Source: Amoebidium appalachense (taxonomy: Eukaryota > Protista > Ichthyosporea). From it: a stretch of 64,000 nucleotides of DNA. The stretch covers positions 7,076,710 through 7,140,709 of the forward strand of contig CAVNZM010000005.1 of the NCBI GenBank assembly GCA_963693365.1. Direction: 5' to 3'. Within the stretch, counting starts at the first letter, position 1, and the number at the start of each line of letters is the position of its first letter. A program made the position numbers and the translations under genes. The notes beneath the pieces are model-generated. The model was not told the DNA's origin. It searched no databases and saw nothing but the letters and a program-made list of their open reading frames with translations. Below, one piece after another: positions 1 through 13,046 of this stretch.

Positions 1-1
1 A

Positions 2-619
2 GACGGTGTCGATGCAGGGGCGCAGCGTGAGCGGCCCTTGCCCATGCTAGTGGGCAAAAAGCATCGCAACATTGGCCCTGAGGGGCCCCTGCAGATGGAT
101 TTGCCGGTGCCCCCTCCTATGCAGCCACCCCAGAGAGCCCCCAAGACCTGCAAGACGTGTGGCCGCCAGGGCAAGGGCTGCCCCGGCTCCAATCGGGCCA
201 AGAGCTGCCCACGTTGGGTTGCAGCCAATCAGGATGCCATGCCACCAGCACCCGCGCTTGACATGCAGCAGGGCCATGTGCCGCACATGCCCCCTGCACC
301 CCATCCAGGCCCGCACCACCCACATGGCTGGCCCCCACCGTGGGGCATCATGCCGCCTCAGCCCGGCCCTGCCTTCCCCATGCCTGGGCTACTGCCGCAG
401 CACGGTCCCCATCCTTACTTGGGCCATGTGGGCCAGCCCTCGGCTGGTGGGCAGTTCCCACCCCCTTCTCGTGCATCTGCTGTGCTGGGCCTGGCGTTGC
501 CACCTGCTGGAGAGACGCAGCTGCAATGGCACGATCGAAAGCAAAGTAATCGTGGCCGCAAGTCTGCAGGCAGCCAATCAGGATCTCAGAGTAGTCAGAG
601 TAGCCAAACTAGTGTCTAA
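2..619 (+). CDS. 3' part of a gene (open from the window edge): Cys-knuckle CKTCGRQGKGCPGSNRAKSC followed by a Pro/His/Gln-rich tail
   Basis: The frame is open from position 2 to TAA at 617-619 and is GC-rich and non-repetitive. It has a CxxC-x6-C-x8-C motif preceded by basic residues. Composition drops sharply to AT-rich after the stop. The N-terminus lies outside the window. Confidence 0.55.
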   Translation, partial: DGVDAGAQRERPLPMLVGKKHRNIGPEGPLQMDLPVPPPMQPPQRAPKTCKTCGRQGKGCPGSNRAKSCPRWVAANQDAMPPAPALDMQQGHVPHMPPAPHPGPHHPHGWPPPWGIMPPQPGPAFPMPGLLPQHGPHPYLGHVGQPSAGGQFPPPSRASAVLGLALPPAGETQLQWHDRKQSNRGRKSAGSQSGSQSSQSSQTSV

Positions 620-1035
620 TATTGGAATGTACACCAATGTAACGGATCTCATATGTGTTGTAGTGCTTCAAGTTATACCTGTTCTTCGTACAGTCATGTT
701 AGGGGGAGGGGGGGGGGGGGGGGGGGGGGGGGCTAGCTTTCATTCCGAAGTTTACTGTAAAGAATTAAAATTTAGAATCTGAGTAATAGTACAGAGCCTT
801 TGCACTTTTCTCTGTTTGTTAGGAATTCTTTGTGATCGAGAGTATGGTGTGTTAGACTATTGGTGTTAATGTGTCCTGGAAGGTGTATAATGTCTGCTGG
901 CCGTAGTCAGTATCTATTTTTAGGTATATAGTATATTTTTAAATGTTGGCCGCTGGCCAATAAATAGCAAATAATAAACACACGATAAAGTCAACAGCGT
1001 GCCAAAAAACTAATCCCCAGCGAGCGCACCCAGTG

Positions 1036-1036
<1 letters not shown>

Positions 1037-1120
<84 letters not shown>

Positions 1121-1250
1121 CGCGCGCGTGCGTGCGTGTGTGTGTGTGTGTGCGTGCGTGCGTGCGTGTGTGCGTGTGTGCGTGTGTGCGTGTGTGCGTG
1201 TGTGTGTGTGAGTGTGTGTGTGTGTGTGTGTATGTGTGGTGTGGTGTGTG
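1037..1250. repeat. (GT)n/(GC)n compound microsatellite
   Basis: Directly visible; one of dozens of similar arrays in the window. Confidence 0.95.
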
Positions 1251-2443
1251 CGCGGCTTGTACATATGTACGTGTTCATGTGCACCTGTGTCGGACCTACG
1301 AAGTACATGAAAGTAAATTTTGACAGCATCGATCTGCCGGTGTGTATGTGTATGTGTGCCAGTGCAGCAGGTGTGCCTTGTAACTGATAGCTTCGCATTT
1401 TACGTGTGTGTATATATAGTAGTACGCATAGACACTTGCTGATCATTCGGATCGACATTAATATTTAATCTGTCGGTCCTCGGTTTTTTGAGTGAATGAT
1501 GATCAAGTGTAAGAGCATTCACTTGGCAAGTATTAATGTTGCAGAGGCTAGCTGCAGCTGCAAGCGTCGGATGCACACTGACAATTGTCTTTTCAGCGAG
1601 TCTAACCTGCAGGCAGCAGCTGCACACATATAGGGTTGTTATCTTGCGGCACATGCACGGTGATCATTTCAGAGTAATAGAGTTCAGAGCAATGAAAATA
1701 ATGAAAATAACTAAACTTTGTGACTACTTTAAAGTTGCTGAGATCATACGTGGTGCAAGCTGCACTATGAACACATGTATAGTGCTAGTAATTAATACAT
1801 TTTTGTTGCCTTCTGCAGGGTTATCGTAGCTACGTCACGGCCTGCACTCAGGGGGGGGAGGGGGGGGGAGGAGGGGGGATGATTCGAAGGGGGTATAAAT
1901 AAGAACATGCACCTAAAGGTCTTTCCCGTGGATCCTCCCCCCCCTCCCCCCCCCCCACCTCTCCCTCCCCCGGGGCCCCATACCATGATATCTAGGCCCA
2001 ATATTATATGCCCCTTCCCCCCCCCCCCCCCCCCCTCCTCTCCGGATCCCCGGACCCCACTTCCCTACCCGGAGGCTCAAGAGCTCCCCCCTTCCCCCTC
2101 CCTCCCCCCCCCCCCCCCCCCCCCCAAGGCTTACGGGGGCCCTTCTTCATCGAGGGGGGGGGGGTGGGGGTGGGGGGGTGGGGGGAGGGGGTGGGGGGGA
2201 GGGAAGTGGAAGGCGGGGGTGGATGCATGTCAGCCTAGGTGAATTCAATTGTTTAACTCCAGTGTGCAGGACTGGTCTGAAGGCTTAAGAAAACAACGAG
2301 GAAATGGGGTCCAGTGGAGGTGGTGGTGGTGTTCTGTGTGTGTGTGTACACGTGCACGTATGTGTGTGGTTTTTTTAAGGGGTGAGTGGTGGTGGTGGTG
2401 GTGGTGGTGGTCACCGTGGTGGTGGTGTGTGTGTCTGGTGTGT

Positions 2444-2493
<50 letters not shown>

Positions 2494-5400
2494 TAGAAAG
2501 AAAAACTGCTCGTGGGTCACTGTTTTTCGTCACTGTATTTGTAACGGGCCGCTCATATTTATATAACTACTTTAATTTAAGTACACGTGTTCATTATCAT
2601 ATACGATGGCCAAATATAGAAATTTTGGCGTCGAAGTTCTTGGAGCTAAAAAAACGTTTAAAAGGGGGAAATAATAGCTTGGCCCCAAATTTACCTTGCC
2701 GTTTTTAGCGAATGTATTTTTTATTCATGAGTTCTAGTGATTCAGTGAGTGCACGTGCCTGCCTCAGGCTGATCATGACAACTGCAACACACCATTCCTA
2801 CATGGATATCAACCAAAAGAAAATAGTATATACTGTGGTGGTCTCCTAAACCTTGTGCGGCATGCGCATACATGATATTACAGTGACGCATGTGCATATT
2901 ATTGTTCTGTACACCGGAGTGTGCCGGTGCACGTGGCTGTTTTGTGCACATGTTACAATAGCAGCACGATCTCCCTAAACTCCATGTTTACACATCCCTC
3001 ACCCTGGCTCTGCCTTGTCGGTGCTCCAAAACACACATACAAATCCCCCTAGACTCAGTGCCTGCACATGGTCGCATTCACGTGCAGGTCACGTGACACA
3101 TGCGATGCCATACTGCCGTCTACAGCAACAACCACGGCAGCATGTATACCGGCCCAGCACGAAATATACTTATCGGCAGCCCACTGAACTCGCCCATTTT
3201 CTCTTTTTCATGTATGTCCCTCCTTTTTTGTAAAATCACCCTTTTTGGCCTCCCGGTAGTGGATTTTGCAGGATTTGACTTCTTTGAGGTCCAAAAACCT
3301 CAAATTTTCCCCGGCGGGGCCGGGGAGGGAGAATTCAAAAATTGCCCGCTCCTGATATGGTACCCGGGCCACTTCGCATGATTATTACCCAAAAAAATGG
3401 CGCCGTTCAGTGAATTCTGGCGCATGTTGCGAAGCGGGTGGGATACTACTAGGACCTCAACCCTACCCGTTAATACTCCAGGGATTTGTGTAAAATAAGG
3501 ATATGATTGGTCACTTCTAAATAATAGAACCAACATTCTATTTTCCCACACGTTGCTTTAATTGGTTTTTTCTAAGGCGCATTCCACCATTCCACCCAAA
3601 TCGACGAGGTGAGTTAGTAGGGTTTGAACTCCCCTCGACCGATGGCATGCTGGGTGGATTGCGGTATGTGAAAGAAAGCGGATTCGCTTTACATGATAAG
3701 TATCTAATCGGTAAACGGCTATACACTTTTTGACATGCTTAAAATAGATTTATCCAATCGCAAAATCGCAGCACTAAATAGGTGATAACGAAGATATGCT
3801 GAACAGCCATAGACCAATCAACGAAAGCAATCGACTTCGACCAGGTGGACTGCCGAAGTCTTTTATACGCTTGAAGCCAATCAAAACCATGGACCAATCA
3901 ACACATCGAAAACAAATACCTCTTGTGTCAGCAGATCAATATGATTGGACAGGCTATTGTATGACATAAAGTGCTCTAACTCCACCTGGCATGATTTTCG
4001 CAAGTCGAGATTTTCACAGGTGGTGGTAGGAAACAAACTCTAGAATTCATGACATAACATACCTATCAACTAGTTTCCCACCTCGCTTCGCAAGCTCCGC
4101 CTGTAGCACAAACGTTTATGTATTGTTTTCGCCGGTCTGGGCCTTTGAATGGTCTTAGTCTTTCGAAGCCTAGCAGGGTAACAGAAACTACCCAAAATTC
4201 TTTTAACTAAACCACTACGTTAAGAAGCCACAGAATATTGATCATTATGTAGTATAGACTATCAGTCTGTGACACTACCATTATTTGGGCTTTGACAAGC
4301 TTGTCCACCACGTGAGGTTTATGGGGATTGCCAGGCTGCTTTTTCCCACGACCAGTGCGCAGTGGAAAGCAGAAGCTCGTTCAGGCTGCCAATCAGCGCC
4401 GTTGGCCAACATCCAATCGTTAGGTCTTCACAGATATTGTGCTAATTTCTAAATAATGCAATGCTAACTTGCTGACTCTGAGGCTAGGCAAAAACAATTC
4501 TTTGAGTTGTTCCGCTGGCAAGTGTTAGTGATTTGTATTAGAAGCTTGCGGATTAATTCGTCTAATTAGATAGATTAATGCTACATGAAGATATCATGAT
4601 ATAGGCAACCATGTTGGGCTTCATGCGCCAACTTTCGCTATTTTTTCGCTTATCATCTTCTTTTATCACTTTCCAAAAATGGCATTCATTGTACATGTCC
4701 GATTTGGAGCATGCGAAAAGCTACGTACAGTAGGAAAAGTCGTGCTTGAAAGCGTAAATATAATAAATATATATTTATAAGCGTATATATCAATCATGCA
4801 TTCAAAAGCTTTGTGGTTTTATGACGTTGACATAATTTTTTTTATTTAACCACGCTTGTCAGCGCCGGCGAGTCAAAGAGTCAAACTGTCGATATCTTGC
4901 ACATATATTCGATATATCATGGAGGTCTTGACAAACTGGCTTACCCGCGGGCCGGCGACAGTAATCTGAAACCTATATGTAGGGCTACTACTTACTGTAA
5001 TCAAAGTGATTACTTGAATATATCTATTTAAATTTTCACCTGAAGCTAATAACGGTGAGTGTAAAGAACACATCACTATGTACACTGAGAATCAATGCAG
5101 CCCGAAATAGGGCGCTGCATAAATATCCCGAGAGTAAAGTTGAATTATTTTCTAGATTGCCAAATGATTGATTGGTTACTGAGGTGGTGCTATAAATATA
5201 TTGAAAATGTCTATATCCAATAAGATGGAAAGATTTGTAGTAATCCTAGAAAAAATGGTTAGATCTCATTTGTGGGACTACTAAAGGAGGCTAATAACTC
5301 GAAGGTGGGCTACAGTAAGTGGCTCACGTGAAAATATTTATCAAAAACTTTCAAAAACCCCCGCAAACACTTAATGTTCTGTTGGCCAATCATAGGTGGC

Positions 5401-5973
5401 TCCAATGTTACGCAAGCGAAGGTTTGTGATTGGCGTGCTTGCGTCCCACGGAGGCGTGTAAATCTCTATTCCTTACCTGTATCTGTATGACGTTAACAAT
5501 TGGCAACAAAACATGCTTTATGCTTTCAACTTAACTGTATATAATTAATGAATCAACTACAGCATTACATTTTTTATGCCATGTATGAATATTTTAAGGT
5601 TAAATTTGCTTCTGCAGGGGGAAAGAAAAAAATGTTGGTCAGCACTGGCCAGCTATCTAGAATAGTCTACTTTTATTTATCTCAAAGCCATATTAGGAAA
5701 TCGGACTTTCCATTTTTAAATTCGCAGAGCGAACGGATTCCGTATAACCAATGAGCATCATTCATAAAACCGGGCCTTGGCCACCGGTCCAGCAACTGTC
5801 AGGTATAAAAAGCCTTCATTTTGATAGTCTTCGTGGGAATTGATAACATTTTTCTTCGTGCGCAGTGGTACCGTTCCCACGCAAAAAAGAAAAAAGCAAA
5901 AACGTAAAAAAAAAAGCAAGGCTCTCACAACTCTCACCTTCCTGTTTTCCGTTTCACACACCTACACTTCACC

Positions 5974-6255
5974 ATGACGAAGGTACGCCAGGTTCCTCAG
6001 CTAGCGCAGGCCTACGGGGTAGCCACAAGCCGGAGGCGGGAGTATGAAGCATGGCTGTCAACCATGGACTTTGGCCGGCGTTTCCACACGGAGACGGCAC
6101 TCATCAAGCGGGGTTTGCTTCCTGGCTACCACTCAGAAACCCCTGGTTTTACTTTCGTCCCCTCCGAGGTCCCCGAATTGCCTCCCCCGCTACCCGAGCC
6201 CGAAAGTGACGGCGACAGTGCGGACAAGTTCTGTGTTTTTGAAATGGATGCATGA
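5974..6255 (+). CDS. small intronless hypothetical protein, 93 aa, acidic C-terminus ending VFEMDA
   Basis: GC-rich, non-repetitive ORF in AT-rich surroundings. Start context is ttcaccATG, with a TATA-like gtataaaaag near 5802 and CCAAT-rich DNA upstream. No family recognised. Confidence 0.5.
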   Translation: MTKVRQVPQLAQAYGVATSRRREYEAWLSTMDFGRRFHTETALIKRGLLPGYHSETPGFTFVPSEVPELPPPLPEPESDGDSADKFCVFEMDA

Positions 6256-7238
6256 CCGGGTGAAAACCATCGGGCCTCTACAGGAAGTGCTTGCTTCACG
6301 CGTGTCTGTACGGCACCCATGCAACGTCTTTTATTCTCGTCGTTTCAAAATAACGGCGAGAGACCGGGCGTTGTGTATTTGAAGGTGGAGGACATATGAG
6401 ATCTGTTAAATGGGTTGTGTGATGTTATTAATAGTCAGGCTGCTTGCAAGGGCAGTTAACGTTGGGTGGTTTTTTAAAAGGAGGTTTTTAAAGGTACCTG
6501 TCATGTTGAAGTGTCGATTGAATGAAACTGCTCCCTGGGGTGCTCTGCAGGTCGGAGTGCCGTCACCTGTACATATATATATACGAGGGCTGCCTGCTGG
6601 TCGGGTTGCTTAAATACTGTCGCGCTAGTGCGCACATAAAGTTAGCTTGAGCTGTCATCTCTGAGTTCTCGTGGTAACCCGCAACCTGTCCCCTGCCTTT
6701 TCCCCTTTTTTTACGCGCTCAAAGTGAAACGTTCTGGTCAAGCTGGAAGACAGCACTTGCTCTGCTCACACAAACACAAACACAGAACACCTTCACATTT
6801 TGCGCCTGGTGCTGTCAGGTGGCCAGCAGGAGTACCTGTCAACAGTCCCAGGGACGGCAATTTTTTATTTTCCCGCGGCAAAGAAAACCCAACCTTCAAT
6901 AGTGCGAACCCGAGCTCGAGTGGTTTGGAATGAGATGTACACTGTAAGTATACCGTGGCGGGCTTGTCTCACCGAAATAACCTTACATACACATATATCG
7001 TTATTGATCGTTCGAAGTTATTGTACGAGATATACACATGCACAGGTATAGACAGGCACTGCAAGTGTGACCTGGATCCGGAAGCACCGTGTCGCTGTGG
7101 GAGACCTCGGAAGCCTGGTGTGCTTGCGCATGGACATCAAGTTGTGGCACGTGTGTGGCGGAGCATAGGGCATACATATACGTATACACACACACTTGAA
7201 TGTTGAACATCAATTGCAATTTCATCAGCCAATGTGGC

Positions 7239-7242
<4 letters not shown>

Positions 7243-7301
<59 letters not shown>
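7243..7301. repeat. (TA)n microsatellite
   Basis: Directly visible. Confidence 0.95.
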
Positions 7302-7304
<3 letters not shown>

Positions 7305-7581
7305 TCTAACTTATATGTTCATATCTAAACATGCTTACATATAAAAAACATGCTATCTCACCTACATACAGTCGTATAGGAGGCCTTGCTAATGTCCAAA
7401 AACTCAGCCCAAGTATATTATGCATAAACATAGGTTTGCCGCTATTTACAATCCCCACCCGACCACATCTTCCTCCTTTGCCGGATAGCTGGAAAAAGCG
7501 CGTTGGGAATAAAGCGGAAGATAACAGACATATCCAACTAGCACGACAAATGTGCCTTCATATATACGTAATCCCCCCCCC

Positions 7582-7612
<31 letters not shown>

Positions 7613-8443
7613 CCCTCCTCCCTCCATTTTTAATTACCCCCGACGGCCATTGCCGAAAAACACAGGGAACAGCATGCGCAAACAAAATGGACAAGCCTAA
7701 TAATATATATACATAAATACACTCCGTACGACAAATGTGCCTTCATACAACCCATTTATGTACATCTGTAATTGAACGTTCATTCTGCATTGCCCAGCCC
7801 CCCTCAGAACCCTTCCCTCGTGCTCCCCCCCCCCCTTCCCCTCAAACCTCTCCCTCCCCTCCCCCTCTCCCCCTTCCCCGAAGAGCACACACACAAACAC
7901 ACACACATACACACGTACACACAATTTCTGACTCACACCGCCCAACTTTGCGTCACGGTGGAGCGGACACTTGTCCCAGGGATTTCCTTCCGTCTTATAT
8001 TCCGTTCTAGGCATCGGAAGCTGTGAAGAGCGGAGGATACTTGGTTAAATTTTGGCTTAATAAAGGTGATCATCCTTGTGTGATTATTGTTACGAGTATC
8101 ATAACGCGATGCGGGAGGCGAGCCTAATTGTGGCATGTGTATAACTGCATGTGTGTGCGCGTCATGCAAATTAAGCTGATAAACTCTGCGCGGTGGGCAC
8201 GTGTATGTGGTCCTGAATGCTGCCTCCCCACTCCCCTCCCCCCCCCCCCCCCCCCCCTTCCCCGCCCCTTACCCCCCACCCCCCCTTCTTTTCCCCAACT
8301 TTTTTGAATCTCTCTTACTGCCTCATTCACTCTCTCTCTTTTTGTGTGTACTTGTTTGTGTGTGTGTGTGCACGTGTGTACGTGTGTGCATGTCCGCACG
8401 TGTGTGTGTGCGTGCATGTCCGCACGTGTGTGTGTGCGTGTGC

Positions 8444-8552
<109 letters not shown>

Positions 8553-8629
8553 CGTCAGTGTGTGTGAGAGAGTGTGTGTGTGTATGTCGGAGAGGGCAGG
8601 GGAAGAGGGGGGGGGGGGGGGGGGGGGGG

Positions 8630-8897
8630 TTTGAATGCGTCATAAAGTACAAAGTACACAAGAACAAACGGATAACACGATGCAGAATGCAAACCATACA
8701 CTAAGAGTATGCATAATAAGCAGAGCCCATCCTCAGGGGGGGCCCACGTCATCCACAGTACCCGAGTTTTGACCCATTCACCTCGTTAACGAAACCAAAC
8801 TCGGATACTGTTTCACTTGAACATGGGTGGGTCACCCGTCTTGATTAGAGACGAGCAGGGTTACTTATGCAGGAAAGGGCAGTGGGAAAGGCGGGGG
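8630..8897 (-). mobile_element. poly(C)-anchored dispersed repeat, subfamily 1, copy A (5'-truncated retroelement-like 3' end)
   Basis: Its reverse complement aligns with 25017-25285. On the minus strand it ends ...gcattcaaa followed by a C-run (G-run at 8607-8629 on +). Confidence 0.75.
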
Positions 8898-8905
8898 GAA
8901 GAAGT

Positions 8906-8940
<35 letters not shown>

Positions 8941-9146
8941 GAAATCGAAAACAACAAAATCAAGCACAACAAACACCAAAAAGAGAGACACTTAAGCATA
9001 GCTTGTTAAAGAAAAGGCTCAAATGCTTGTTTGGGAGGGTTGACGCCATGTAAGTACAGCCACCGAGATTCATGGATCACAAAAAGCAATGCAACGGATG
9101 TAGTTTTTATTATTATTTTATTTTATTTTTTTTAATTTTAATTTTT

Positions 9147-9189
<43 letters not shown>

Positions 9190-10199
9190 GGGGGGGGGGT
9201 AGTCAAAGTTCGTTTGTTTTGCTTCTTGTTTCTTTGTTTGGGGGCGGGAAGGGGGGAGGGGGGGGGGGGGGGGGGGGGGAGGGGGGCTAAATGAGGCACC
9301 CAGTACGAAGATTAGTTTTAGGTTCAATGCCGTAACCAGTATGCAGGAAAAACTTACAAAGGTAACACTATGCACAATGTCAGCAGAAAAAATCATTTGT
9401 CGTGGATGGGTATTGAAAGGGTTTGTTTCGCCGTGAGGCGGTGGGGTGTGGGCGTGGAGGTTCCCCCGGAGGGGGGGGGGGGGGGGGAGGGGGGGGGGGA
9501 TATATGGGGGGTCGGAATGACATGAAATACGAACATTCAGTAACCAACAGACCGATAGCCAATAAGAGGGTCTGGAGTCAGGTGGGTGGGTGGGTGGGTG
9601 GGTGGGTGGGTGGGTGAAGGAGGGGGGAAGTGGGGAAGGGGGAGTCATAAGGCAGAAAGAAGAGAATGCCACTTAGTAGCCTAGGGACCTAGGGTGCTAG
9701 TAGGAGGGAAGATGGGAGAGAGAGGCTATCGGCTAACCAGAATGAAGTACGGAAATAAACAACGAAGCTACGATGCAGGGTATAAAAGTATAACAATATC
9801 CTTCAGTTCAAAGCAAAGGTTTAGGGTGGGGAGGTCCCGATGGGGGTGGGGTGGGGGGTGAGGGGAGGGGGGGGGGGGGGGGGGGGGAGGGGGGGGGGGG
9901 GAAGAAGAGGAAACCAAACACCGAGCATACAGAGACACTTCCACGGGCCCCATAATCAGCGGGGGAGGGGCAGAAGGGGGGGGGGGGGGAGGGGGGGGGG
10001 GGAGGGCCGGGGAGGAAATGCCGACACAAGGTGTGGTAGAAAGCACAACTTCACGAAACACGGTGCAGGCTCCGGAGCCCGTAGCGGCATGCAACAGTCA
10101 ATACGCAAGTTATGAACAGCAGCAACGCATAGCATGCGCCAATCATTCTTAAAAAGGCCAAGCCCCCACGCCGGTGGAGACCGCCCCCGGAGGGGGGGG

Positions 10200-10232
<33 letters not shown>

Positions 10233-10234
<2 letters not shown>

Positions 10235-10414
10235 TGGATGTATGCGTCAGAGGGTTGGAAATATGGAGGAGACACCAGAGGACAACAACAAAACGTAACA
10301 AAAACGAGAACCTGAGGTCAAGCACTGAAAGTGTGTAGGCAGAAGAGACTTGAACAGAGCCCATCATCAAGGGTGTGTAGGCAGAAGAGACTTGAACAGA
10401 GCCCATCATCAAGG
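10233..10414 (-). mobile_element. poly(C)-anchored repeat, subfamily 3 fragment with a 42-bp tandem duplication
   Basis: Its reverse complement matches 23345-23476 (tgatgatgggctctgttcaagt...tttccaaccctct.acgcatacat + C-run). The 42-bp unit occurs at 10331-10372 and 10373-10414. Confidence 0.75.
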
Positions 10415-10443
10415 AGGGGAGGGGGGGGGGGGGGGGGGGGGGG

Positions 10444-10595
10444 TTTGAATGCGGAACACAGTACGAAGTACGCATACACGATGAGAAGCATGGTGCAGGA
10501 CACATGCAAAGGCAAACATTCAACTATGCAGCATCAGCCATGCGCACAGTATGCGTCATAAGCAGAGCCCATCCTCAGGGAGGGCCCAAGTCATC
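10444..10595 (-). mobile_element. poly(C)-anchored repeat, subfamily 2 fragment
   Basis: Its reverse complement matches 25731-25848. It shares ctgaggatgggctctgctt and the terminal gcattcaaa+C-run with subfamily 1. Confidence 0.75.
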
Positions 10596-10646
10596 AATTG
10601 CGTCTGAGTTTCGACCCCTTAGCCCGCGTATATACGACGCTCCAAC

Positions 10647-12992
10647 TCAGACAGCAGCATCAACTGAACTTGGGGGGGGGGGGGGGGGCAGGCCGGAATC
10701 TATCATACCTGTTCCATCGGTGTGGCCCTCTGCCGTATCGTCCAGTTTTATGCGCTTGTTGGGCCTCTCAGCCTGACCGGCACCTGCGGCCGGCAGCCAG
10801 ACCACCGCGCATCCATCCTGAGACGCCGTCGCCACCGCCCCGTCAGTCGCAGTCATTGCGTTGATGGGCTTGTCGTGTCCCCTCAGTTTCACGTAGCTGC
10901 CGTCGAAAATGTCCGTAATGAGAAGCGTCTGAAGAAGGATCGTGAAGAATGTGCGCCCATGGACGAACCCCATCCCCTCCCCGGCGGGGATGACCCGCCT
11001 CTGCATCTCCTCCCCGGTGGTTCTGTTGTACACAACCACCGTGCGCGCATTGTTAGAAACGACCTTAGACGTCCAAGCAATCACGTGCGCCTTGCTGATG
11101 GAAAGATTCGACGGCGTCGCGCTGCCGAATCCGCCAAACTTCTGCAACGTCTCGCCCGTAAACAGATCCAAAATGTGCGCCTCATGTTTGATGCAGCACC
11201 CGACAAACCGGCCGTCGTAGATGCTCACCCTCCCTCGGGGATTCCTCACCCCGGGCAACTGCCACAATCTCTCCGTCGTTGTAATGTTCCACACGCCCAA
11301 CCGATGGCTCGTCGCATCCTCCCCGAGAATGATCGTCGCAAGCACATCCCTCTCCAACCCCAGCGCACGCACCTCCCCCCCGACCTCAAACGCAGATATC
11401 TTCTCCCCCGTCGTCAGATCCCAAACAATGATTAGCCCATCCGCCGCCCCCGTCGCGACCCTGTTGTATGCCACGGCAATGCTGCGAACATGGGTCCTGT
11501 GACCTCTCAGAACATGCTTGCATGCGCCCGTCTGAATGTCCCACACCCGCACCGTGCAGTCGTTCGACCTGCCGCCCGTCACCACCACCGACTCGTTCAT
11601 GTCGATGGCAGTAACAGGCTTTGTGTGTCCCACCAACTTAATCTCCCTCGTCTGGCCCATAAAAAGCTGCACCAGCGAGGGGGTTTCATAGGGCCAAGGC
11701 AAGCAAAAGAAGTCGAATTCCTCTCGGATGCGCGCGCGGAGGCCCTGGTCTTCGGGCAGATGGGGCATCTCGCCATTGTTTCTACAATAGTCTAGAACAT
11801 ACTGGAAGAACGCAGGGTCCCTATCGATTACAATGTGCCCATCGCTATCCCGTTTCAGCGTGTGCCGGCCGCTAAACCACGCCGCCAACATGGAATCCTC
11901 GTACGTGCACAAGGTGCGACGGGAGGTGGTGACTACCTGCCCACCCACGTTAAGGTGGACAACATCGCTGGCCCGAGCGTTGACATCTGCTACGGACGCC
12001 TTCTCCGTCTCAAACTGCTGCCTGCAACAAACTAGGCAGTTAGTGCAGGCTATTGTGTCTGCATGTTTGTGCGTGTGCCACCGTGTGTGTGTGTGTTTGG
12101 AGGGGGGGGAAGGGGGGGGCGGGGGGGGGGGGGGGAGGGGGGAGGTGTTCCGGGCATCTTCCTTCCTGATAACCTATGAAACGACAAGGACTGCCTACAT
12201 AGCTTCCGCCCCACCTCGCATGAAGAATATGCTCGGCACAACAAACAACTGCTCCCCTCCCACACACACACACCGTGATACATACTACGCACTTACACAC
12301 ACACCCCGCCGAGCGAATAGAGAAGGAAAAGAAAGAAACCCAGGTTGCGGGGCCATTTAATTGCAACAAACACCATCAGGCATACATCGCTGCTCAATAT
12401 GTCTTGACTGTGTACAACCATTCCTTACTCCCAGACCAATCCCTTCTCGTTGTGTCTCTATGATAAACCGTTTTCCTTGGAGGAAACGAGGATCAACTGA
12501 AGGCAAGTACAGAGACCAGCACACAGCCACACCCCCCATAAAAAGGTGCTCGTGAGGACACTAAAGCAACCACATGAGGAACACAAACCAAGCTAGACAA
12601 TTCCGAAGGCATACCCAACCAGAACAAGTAGCAGAGTTTACTTGAAATTCACTCCTGGCAAACATTTATCTCCTGGCAAACATTTTATATCTAAATTCGC
12701 TCCGTTCCTACAGGGGTCGAATCTTCCTTGGCTTGCACGCATACCCAAGCAAACCTCTTGAGCCCATAGCAGGAGACACAAACACTTTCGCACACCAACA
12801 CACAGGCGTGCCCACACAAACATGCAGAGAGGGTATATATCAAGGGTGCTCACAACAATTTGTTGCCAGCACACGCACAAACGCAAAAAAACACGCACAC
12901 GGGCCGTTCGCGCACATACACTAAAGCCCTAATAAATAGCACAACTAACCGCACACCAAGACATATCCTTCTTTTCGCCCACCCTTCCCCTT

Positions 12993-13046
<54 letters not shown>

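Noticed and set aside
1836-2276. Possible TIR element (cctgcac...gtgcagg)
   Set aside because: Only about 7 bp of inverted match and no TSD.
10722-11435. 237-aa plus-strand ORF
   Set aside because: Antisense shadow of the GC-rich BTB-WD40 exon; no motifs.
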